A DNA stretch of 64,000 nt from Candidatus Omnitrophota bacterium (GTDB taxonomy: Bacteria > Omnitrophota > Gorgyraeia > 1-14-0-20-64-10): the NCBI GenBank assembly GCA_016177405.1, contig JACOVG010000024.1:71079-135078 (forward strand), read 5' to 3'. Below are positions 1-6,701 of the stretch, in pieces. A program made the position numbers and the translations under genes. How positions within the stretch are numbered: the stretch's first letter is position 1; each line of letters starts with the position of its first letter. Under the pieces are notes generated by a model that did no database searches, was not told the DNA's origin, and was given only the letters and a program-made list of their open reading frames with translations.

Positions 1-150
1 GTCGGCCACCATCCCCTGGCCGTCCAGGCGCTCGGCGGCCATCTCCACCTCGGCCTTGGCGTTGTGACCGTGGAGAAAGCGGCACTTGCCCTGGTGGTTT
101 AAGAGCCGATGCCCGTAGCAGAATTCGATCTCTTTGGTTACCTTGTACAC
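1..150 (-). CDS. queD: 6-carboxytetrahydropterin synthase QueD, N-terminal part (runs off the window start)
   Basis: Manual minus-strand translation from GTG at 150: MYKVTKEIEFCYGHRLLNHQGKCRFLHGHN..., with the QueD/PTPS C-x3-HGH motif. Divergent from the QueC-like gene. Confidence 0.85.
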   Translation of the reverse strand, partial: MYKVTKEIEFCYGHRLLNHQGKCRFLHGHNAKAEVEMAAERLDGQGMVAD

Positions 151-167
151 AACGAGCCTATCATACG

Positions 168-830
168 ATGAGGCGGCGGAAGGATCAAGGCGCGGCGGTG
201 CTGGTGAGCGGGGGCGTGGAGAGCGCCGCTCTTCTGGCCCAGGCGCTGGGGGCTTACGAACGGGTTTACCCCCTCTACGTGAAGAAAGGCTTGAGATGGG
301 AAAGGGAGGAGTTGGCGGTCTTGAAGCGTTTGCTGGCCCAGGTTAAAGAGGACGGTTTGGCCGATTTGACCATCCTGCCGGTCCCTGTCGCCGCCGTCTA
401 CGGCGCCCATTGGTCTGTGGGCTCTTCCGCGGCGCCAGGTTTTCGGGCGCCCGATTCGGCCGTCTACCTGCCGGGAAGGAATCTCCTGCTCTTGTCGCTG
501 GGAGGGCTCTTCTGCTCTTCGCGGAGGATCCCGAACCTTTGGATCGGCACCCTGAAGGGGAATCCCTTCCGGGACGCCCAAATCGGTTTCCTGCGCCGGA
601 TGGAAGGGCTTCTGCGGGACACGCTGGGCTGGCCCATCAGGATCGCGGCGCCGTTTCGGGGGCTGACCAAGGCCCAGGTGATCGGCCGTTGGCCGGGGCT
701 TCCCTGGGGGAGCACCCTTTCTTGCCTGCGCCCGGCGGGGGCGGCCCACTGCGGCCGCTGTCAAAAATGCGCGGAGCGAAAGAAGGGATTTAAGGAGGCT
801 GGCATGGCCGACCCGGCGAGATTCGCGTGA
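168..830 (+). CDS. queC: QueC-like PP-loop ATPase (7-cyano-7-deazaguanine synthase family)
   Basis: SGGVES PP-loop variant, YLPGRN motif, C-terminal zinc motif SC-x8-CGRCQKC; adjacent to queD. Confidence 0.75.
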   Translation: MRRRKDQGAAVLVSGGVESAALLAQALGAYERVYPLYVKKGLRWEREELAVLKRLLAQVKEDGLADLTILPVPVAAVYGAHWSVGSSAAPGFRAPDSAVYLPGRNLLLLSLGGLFCSSRRIPNLWIGTLKGNPFRDAQIGFLRRMEGLLRDTLGWPIRIAAPFRGLTKAQVIGRWPGLPWGSTLSCLRPAGAAHCGRCQKCAERKKGFKEAGMADPARFA

Positions 831-1195
831 GGTCCTTCTATCGGGGCGGCATCGGCCAGTGGGCCTGGATCCTGCACCGGGTGACCGGAGTCGGGGTCCT
901 CCTTTTTCTCCTGACGCACATCCTGGACACCGCGCTCATCCTGCTGGGCCCAGAGTGGTACAACAAGATCATCGCGATTTACCGGCATCCTGTCTTTGGT
1001 TTGATGGAGATCGGCCTGTTTGCCGCGGTTTTATACCACGCCTTAAACGGCGTCCGGATCATCCTGGTGGATTTCTGGGTGGAGTCCACCCTCTACCACA
1101 AGCAGATGTTCTTCATCGAGATGGCCCTCTTTCTCGCGATCTTCCTGCCGGTGGCCTGGATCATGCTGGGGCACATCCTTCGGGGAGGGGCCTAG
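827..1195 (+). CDS. sdhC: Succinate dehydrogenase cytochrome b556 subunit
   Basis: WILHRVTG and HALNGVRII motifs, three TM helices, operon context. Confidence 0.9.
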   Translation: MRSFYRGGIGQWAWILHRVTGVGVLLFLLTHILDTALILLGPEWYNKIIAIYRHPVFGLMEIGLFAAVLYHALNGVRIILVDFWVESTLYHKQMFFIEMALFLAIFLPVAWIMLGHILRGGA

Positions 1196-1570
1196 GTGAG
1201 CGGCAGTTACGGAGGACACGAGCGCCCTGCCGGCGGGGCGGAGCTGTACGCGTGGATTTTCATGCGGTTTTCCGGGGTGCTCCTTTTGGTTTTGGCCCTG
1301 GGGCACTTCTTCATCATGCATGTGGTGAACTCGATCCACCAGATTGATTACGACTTTGTGGCCCAGCGTTATTTCCAATGGTTCTGGCGGGCCTACGACC
1401 TGGCGATGCTGTGGCTGGCGATGCTACACGGGGCCAACGGCGCCCGGACCCTGCTGGACGATTACCTGCGGCCGCCCGCGCGGGGATGGGCCGTCAAGGC
1501 GCTGTACCTGGGGGGAGCATTGTTCTTGTTTCTTGGCACCTGGGTCATCCTTTTCTTCAAGCCCCTATGA
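1196..1570 (+). CDS. sdhD: Succinate dehydrogenase hydrophobic anchor subunit
   Basis: MRFSG and LHGANGARTLLDDY motifs, three TM helices; lies between sdhC and sdhA. Confidence 0.88.
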   Translation: MSGSYGGHERPAGGAELYAWIFMRFSGVLLLVLALGHFFIMHVVNSIHQIDYDFVAQRYFQWFWRAYDLAMLWLAMLHGANGARTLLDDYLRPPARGWAVKALYLGGALFLFLGTWVILFFKPL

Positions 1571-3312
1571 CCCACACCTTTGACGCGGTGATCGTGGGCG
1601 CCGGCGGCGCCGGGCTCATGGCGGCCCTGCAGGCAACCAGGGGACAGTCCCCTGCGGGGACAGTCCCCAAGGTCGCCGTGCTCTCCAAGCTTTACCCCAC
1701 CCGCTCCCACACCGGGACGGCCCAGGGCGGGATCGGAGCGGCCCTGGGCAATTCGGAAGAGGACCGCTGGGAGTGGCACATGTTCGACACGGTCAAGGGC
1801 GGCGACTATCTGGGCGACCAGGACGCCATTGAGATCATGTGCCGGGAGGCGGTGGACACCGTCTACGAGCTGGAGCACATGGGGCTGCCCTTCTCCCGCA
1901 CGCCGGATGGGAAGATCGCCCAGCGGCCTTTCGGCGGGCACACCCGGGAATTCGGCAAGGCGGCGGTGCGCCGCGCCTGCTACGCGGCCGACCGGACCGG
2001 CCACATGATCCTGCAGACCCTGTACCAGCAGTGCATCAAGCAGGGGGTCACCTTCTTCGACGAGTTTCATGTGGTGGACCTGCTGTTGGACGGCGGGGCC
2101 GTCCGCGGGGTGGCGGCGGTGGAGATCGCCACCGGTGATCTCCACACCTTCGCCGCCAAGGCGGTTCTGTTCGCCACCGGCGGCTGCGGCCGGATGTTCA
2201 AGATCACCTCCAACGCCTTGACCCTGACCGGCGACGGGATGGGGGTCGTTTACCGGCGGGGGATCCCCCTGCAGGACATGGAGTTCTTCCAGTTTCACCC
2301 GACCGGCATCTACAAGATGGGGATCCTGATCACCGAGGGGGCGCGCGGGGAGGGGGGCATTCTGCGGAACAATTCCGGCGAGCGCTTCATGGAGCGCTAC
2401 GCCCCCAACCTGAAGGATCTGGCCCCCCGGGACATGGTCTCGCGGGCCATGCACACGGAGATCCGGCAGGGCCGGGGAATCGGCGGCAAGGATTACCTTC
2501 ACCTGGATCTGACCCACCTCGACCCCCAGGTGATCCACGACAAGCTTCCGGACATCACCGATTTTGTCGAGACGTATCTGGGGATCGACCCGGTTAAGGC
2601 CCCGATTCCGGTTCAGCCCACCGCCCATTACGCGATGGGGGGCATCCCCACCAACGCCGACGGCGAGGTGGTGATCGACGAGCGCCGGACGCCCCTGCCG
2701 GGCCTTTACGCCGCTGGGGAATGCGCCTGCGTCTCGGTGCACGGGGGCAACCGCCTGGGGACCAACTCCCTGGTGGACATCATCGTTTTCGGGCGGCGGA
2801 GCGGCAAGGCCCTGGGCGAATATGTGAAGCGCTCGGCGCCGGCGGGGCTGCCGGCAGACCCGGAGGGCCAGACGCGCGAGAGGCTGAAAAGGCTGCGCGA
2901 GGGCCGGGGCCCGGAGAGGGTCTCCTCTATCCGGGAAGCGCTTCAGGCCGAGATGACGGACAAGGCCTCGGTCTTCCGGACCGCCGGCGAGCTTCAAAAG
3001 ATGCTGGAGGTCCTGACCGGGCTTAAGGCGAGGTATGAAAAGGCAGCGCTCCAAGACCGGGGGAGCCGCTTCAACATGGAGCTCCTGGAGGCCTTTGAGC
3101 TGGGGTGCCTGCTGGATTTGGCTCAAGTTACCGTGACCTGCGCTTTGAACCGTCAGGAATCGCGCGGGGCCCATTGCCGCGAGGACTTCCCCAAGCGGGA
3201 CGACGCCAACTGGTTCAAGCACACGCTCGCCTGGAAGCGGGGAGACCGGGTGGAGATCGGGTACAAGCCGGTGGTGGTGACCCGGTTCCAGCCCCAGGAG
3301 CGGAAATACTAA
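1567..3312 (+). CDS. sdhA: Succinate dehydrogenase flavoprotein subunit
   Basis: GAGGAG FAD motif, RSHTGTAQGG covalent-FAD His, QFHPTG, HYAMGG, HGGNRLGTNSL. Start set at ATG 1567 (ATGA overlap with the sdhD stop). Confidence 0.96.
   Translation: MTHTFDAVIVGAGGAGLMAALQATRGQSPAGTVPKVAVLSKLYPTRSHTGTAQGGIGAALGNSEEDRWEWHMFDTVKGGDYLGDQDAIEIMCREAVDTVYELEHMGLPFSRTPDGKIAQRPFGGHTREFGKAAVRRACYAADRTGHMILQTLYQQCIKQGVTFFDEFHVVDLLLDGGAVRGVAAVEIATGDLHTFAAKAVLFATGGCGRMFKITSNALTLTGDGMGVVYRRGIPLQDMEFFQFHPTGIYKMGILITEGARGEGGILRNNSGERFMERYAPNLKDLAPRDMVSRAMHTEIRQGRGIGGKDYLHLDLTHLDPQVIHDKLPDITDFVETYLGIDPVKAPIPVQPTAHYAMGGIPTNADGEVVIDERRTPLPGLYAAGECACVSVHGGNRLGTNSLVDIIVFGRRSGKALGEYVKRSAPAGLPADPEGQTRERLKRLREGRGPERVSSIREALQAEMTDKASVFRTAGELQKMLEVLTGLKARYEKAALQDRGSRFNMELLEAFELGCLLDLAQVTVTCALNRQESRGAHCREDFPKRDDANWFKHTLAWKRGDRVEIGYKPVVVTRFQPQERKY
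1640..1668. repeat. Two direct copies of the near-palindrome GGGGACAGTCCCC inside sdhA
   Basis: ggggacagtcccc-tgc-ggggacagtcccc read directly; encodes RGQSPAGTVP just after the first FAD-binding helix. Confidence 0.75.
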
Positions 3313-3329
3313 GAGCACGTTTCAAAACC

Positions 3330-3527
3330 GTCATCGCGAGCCCCCGCCCCTGGCGGGGGCGTGGCGATCTCGTCTTAAAAGCGAGATTGCTTCGGCCTAA
3401 AGGCCTCGCAATGACGAGTTATCTAAGGAGTCATCCCCGCCCTCGCTTACGCGAGGGTAAACTACAGCGGGGATCCCTGTCATTCCCCCGAAAGGGGGAA
3501 TCAGATCCTCACTTTCGTGAGGATGAC
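3330..3527. repeat. Cluster of REP-like palindromic elements between sdhA and sdhB
   Basis: Inverted pair gtcatcgcgag...gcgatctc (3330-3371) and gagattgc...tcgcaatgac (3383-3415); gtcatccccgc...gcggggatcc (3430-3476); double-hairpin unit at 3479-3527. Confidence 0.85.
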
Positions 3528-3538
3528 TTAAGGGTGCA

Positions 3539-4237
3539 ATGAACGTCACTTTTAAGCTTCTGCGGTTTGACCCGGAGCGGGACGCCAAGCCCCACTGGGA
3601 AAGCTATCAGGTGGAGATGGAGCCGACCGACCGGGTGCTGGACGGCTTGGAGGCGATCAAGGGCCGCCTCGACGGCACGCTGGGTTTCCGGCGCTCCTGC
3701 GCCCATGGGATCTGCGGCTCGGACGCCATGCTGATCAACGGGCGAAACCGCTTGGCCTGCAAGGTGCTGGTGAAGAACCTGGAGCAGCCCATCGCCATCG
3801 AGCCGATGCGCGGCTTCAAGGTGGTGAAGGATTTCATGGTGGATCTCACGCCCTTCTTCGCCAAGTACCGGTCGGTCAAGCCTTTCCTCATCGAGTCCGG
3901 CCCCCCGCCCGAAAAGGAGCGCCTCCAATCCCCGAAGGATCGGGAGCGTTTTGACGACACCACCAAGTGCATCCTCTGCGGGGCCTGCACCACGAGCTGT
4001 CCCTCCTTCTGGTCGAACCCGGACTACGCGGGGCCGGCGGCCATTGTTCAGGCCCACCGCTTCCTCTTTGACAGCCGGGACGCCGGCAAGAAAGAGCGGC
4101 TGGCCGTCCTGAACACCCAGGACGGCGTCTGGCGCTGCCGCACCGTCTTCAACTGCGTTCAGGCCTGCCCCCGCGGCATCAACGTGACCCGCGCCATCGG
4201 CGAGGTCAAGCTCGCCCTCCTTAGAGGAAAAGCCTGA
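3539..4237 (+). CDS. sdhB: Succinate dehydrogenase iron-sulfur subunit
   Basis: SCAHGICGSD, CILCGACTTSCP and CRTVFNCVQACP cluster motifs. Confidence 0.96.
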   Translation: MNVTFKLLRFDPERDAKPHWESYQVEMEPTDRVLDGLEAIKGRLDGTLGFRRSCAHGICGSDAMLINGRNRLACKVLVKNLEQPIAIEPMRGFKVVKDFMVDLTPFFAKYRSVKPFLIESGPPPEKERLQSPKDRERFDDTTKCILCGACTTSCPSFWSNPDYAGPAAIVQAHRFLFDSRDAGKKERLAVLNTQDGVWRCRTVFNCVQACPRGINVTRAIGEVKLALLRGKA

Positions 4238-4246
4238 ACGGATAGA

Positions 4247-5206
4247 ATGGAGTCGAAGCGCTCGCCGTACCTGAAGCACATTTACGTCTGCGTGAATCGG
4301 CGCGACCCCGGAGAAACTTTCTGCGCCGCCGGCGGCAGCGAGGAGATTCTGGAGAAGCTGAAGGCCTACGTGAAGGCCAACGGCTTGAAGGGCAGGGCGC
4401 GGGTGAGCAAGTCCGGCTGTATGGATCTGTGCGCCCAGGGGCCCAACGTGATGGTTTACCCGGACCACCAATGGTACCACCACGTGACGCTGGCTGACGC
4501 GGACCGGATCATCGCGGAGCACCTTGAGCCATTGGTCCAAAACGAGATTGCTTCCCGCTTCGCTGGCGCTCGCGGTCGCAATGACGAAGGGGTGCCCTCC
4601 TCTCGCGACGGGATAGGGGCCTTCCTGTTTGATCTGGGCAACGTCCTGGTCCGGTTTGACCATCTGAATGCCGCCCGGCAAATCGCCCAGCGCACCCGGG
4701 TGGACCCGGAGGAACTTTTCCGCCTCTTCTTCGATTCTCCCCTGGTGATCGATCACGACACCGGAAAGATCTCCACCCGGGCCTTCTACGAAGAGCTAAG
4801 GAAGAAGTGGAACATCGGGGCCACCTTTGAAGAGTTCCTGTTGGCGTGGAACGGGATCTTCACCGAGGACAAAGGGTCCACGGCCCTGGTGAGGAAGCTG
4901 ATGAAGCGCTACCCCTGCTACCTGATCTCCAACACCAACCCGCCTCACTTTGAGCATTGCCGAGAGAGTTACCCCGTGCTGAAAGAGTTCTCCGGCTGGA
5001 TCCTCTCCTACGAGGTCGGCGTCTTGAAGCCGCATCCGGCGATCTATCAGAAGGCGCTGGAGATGATCGGCCTGCCGCCGGAGCGGATCTTCTACGTGGA
5101 TGACCGGGCCGACCTGATCGAGGCGGCCGAGACCATGGGCTTCATGACCCACCGCTTCACCGACGCCAAGACCCTCCGCGAAGAGTTATCCACAAAAGGG
5201 GTCTGA
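4247..5206 (+). CDS. Thioredoxin-like (2Fe-2S) ferredoxin fused to a HAD-superfamily hydrolase
   Basis: N-terminal VCVN...C...GCMDLCAQGPNVMVYP; C-terminal FDLGNVL, SNT, KP and DD HAD motifs. Confidence 0.8.
   Translation: MESKRSPYLKHIYVCVNRRDPGETFCAAGGSEEILEKLKAYVKANGLKGRARVSKSGCMDLCAQGPNVMVYPDHQWYHHVTLADADRIIAEHLEPLVQNEIASRFAGARGRNDEGVPSSRDGIGAFLFDLGNVLVRFDHLNAARQIAQRTRVDPEELFRLFFDSPLVIDHDTGKISTRAFYEELRKKWNIGATFEEFLLAWNGIFTEDKGSTALVRKLMKRYPCYLISNTNPPHFEHCRESYPVLKEFSGWILSYEVGVLKPHPAIYQKALEMIGLPPERIFYVDDRADLIEAAETMGFMTHRFTDAKTLREELSTKGV
4544..4585. repeat. REP-like element (GAGATTGC...TCGCAATGAC family), in frame in the ferredoxin-HAD linker
   Basis: Same ends as the intergenic copy at 3383-3415; 42 bp. 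Confidence 0.8.
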
Positions 5207-5212
5207 CCCCCC

Positions 5213-6616
5213 TTGTTGAAAACTAAACCTTTACCGGCCTTTCCGGGATGGTGGGCGGCGCTGGGGCCGGGGGTGGTGTGGCTGGCCCTGGCGCAGGGGA
5301 GCGGGGAGCTCATCTGGTGGCCGTACCTCATCGCCAAGTACGGCCTGGCCTTTTTGTTTCTTCTGGTGCCGGCCTGCCTCCTGCAGCTTCCGCTTAACTA
5401 TCACATTGGCCACTACACCCTGGCCACCGGCGAGTCCATCTTTCAGGGCTTCATCCGGCTGAACCGCTGGTTCGCCGGCCTCCTATGGCTCTTGATGGCG
5501 GTCGCCTTTTTCTGGTTCGGCGCCTTCGCCTCGGCCGGCGGCACGGCCCTGGCGGCCTTGACCCATTTTCCGGCCGGGTGGAGCGTGAGGGGGCAGACCC
5601 TTTTCTGGGCCTATCTTTCCATGGGTTTTTTCCTGGGGTCCCTTTTGATCGGGAAGGTCGCTTACCGGGTGGTGGAGCGCTTCATGTGGGTGGTGGCGCT
5701 GGTCACCTTTGGGGGCCTCCTTCTTTCCTGCGCCCATCCTGCCGTGGTCAAGGCGGTCCCCGGTTTTTTGAAAGGGCTGGTCCATCCTGCCTGGCCCCCG
5801 CCGCGCCCCTGGGAGGCGGCCGACGCCACAAAGCTTTTGACCGCGGTGACCTTCGCGGGCCTCGGAGGTTTCTGGACCCTCTTTTATTCCTACTGGCTTC
5901 GGGAGAAGGGATCGGGGATGGCGGCCCACGCCGGGCACATCACCTCCCCCTTGACCGGACGGTTGGAGCAGATCCCTTTAAGCGGCTTCGCGCCGCCGGA
6001 TGGGCCGGAGCTTTCCAAGGGCTGGAGCCGCTGGAGGAGATTCCTGCTGGCCGACAGCGCCGTCGGGATCGGCGGGAACATCCTCACGACCCTGATGACC
6101 TGCCTGTTGAGCTTTGCCTTGCTTTTCCCGGAGGGGATCCTTCCCCAGCATTACGAGTTGGCGGCGGTGCAGAGCCGGTTCTTCGAGGTTCAATGGGGGC
6201 TGATCGGGCGGGCCCTGTTCCTGGTGGTGGCGGCGGCTTTCCTGGCCGACACGTGGCTGGCCACGGCCGACGCGGTCAGCCGCATCCACACCGACTGCGT
6301 CTTGAGCTTCTTCCCGAAGGCCCGGCGATTCACGGCGAGGGCCTGGTATTTCGGGTGGCTCGCCTTTTTGAGCGTCGTGACCGCCGTCACCGTGCTGTTG
6401 GATGAACCAGGGAAGCTCATCCTTCTTTCGGCGGTGCTCGGTTTTGCGGGGACGGTCCTCTTCACCGGGGCGCTGTTCGGGGTGAGCTACCGGGTGCTCC
6501 CCAAGCTGGTGCCGCGGCCTTTGAGGCCGGGAAGGTTCGCCCTCGCGGGCCTGGCCGTTTCCTACGCGGCCTACCTGGTCTTGGCTGGCGCCTACCTCTG
6601 GGTGATTCTCCGGTAA
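5213..6616 (+). CDS. Nramp-like / APC-superfamily membrane transporter
   Basis: LGPG...GSGELIWWP N-terminal motif and about 11 hydrophobic segments. Confidence 0.7.
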   Translation: MLKTKPLPAFPGWWAALGPGVVWLALAQGSGELIWWPYLIAKYGLAFLFLLVPACLLQLPLNYHIGHYTLATGESIFQGFIRLNRWFAGLLWLLMAVAFFWFGAFASAGGTALAALTHFPAGWSVRGQTLFWAYLSMGFFLGSLLIGKVAYRVVERFMWVVALVTFGGLLLSCAHPAVVKAVPGFLKGLVHPAWPPPRPWEAADATKLLTAVTFAGLGGFWTLFYSYWLREKGSGMAAHAGHITSPLTGRLEQIPLSGFAPPDGPELSKGWSRWRRFLLADSAVGIGGNILTTLMTCLLSFALLFPEGILPQHYELAAVQSRFFEVQWGLIGRALFLVVAAAFLADTWLATADAVSRIHTDCVLSFFPKARRFTARAWYFGWLAFLSVVTAVTVLLDEPGKLILLSAVLGFAGTVLFTGALFGVSYRVLPKLVPRPLRPGRFALAGLAVSYAAYLVLAGAYLWVILR

Positions 6617-6701
6617 TCCCGCCGTTCAAATCGTTAGTAATAATATAAAGTTATATGTTTATTTTATCCACGCTTATTTTTGAAGGTATAATTACCTTGT
6701 T

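Noticed and set aside
1462-3318. Long minus-strand ORFs (for example 1462-3318, 41134-43116, 57548-59554)
   Set aside because: Antisense shadows of well-supported + strand genes, expected at high GC; no recognisable motifs.
3330-3527. Palindrome cluster as a possible CRISPR array
   Set aside because: The units are inverted and heterogeneous, with no regular repeat-spacer period and no cas genes in the window.
5186-5194. Perfect DnaA box TTATCCACA, with a near match at 6664-6672 in AT-rich DNA
   Set aside because: Isolated, the perfect copy lies inside a CDS, and there is no box cluster or dnaA/dnaN context; not evidence for oriC.
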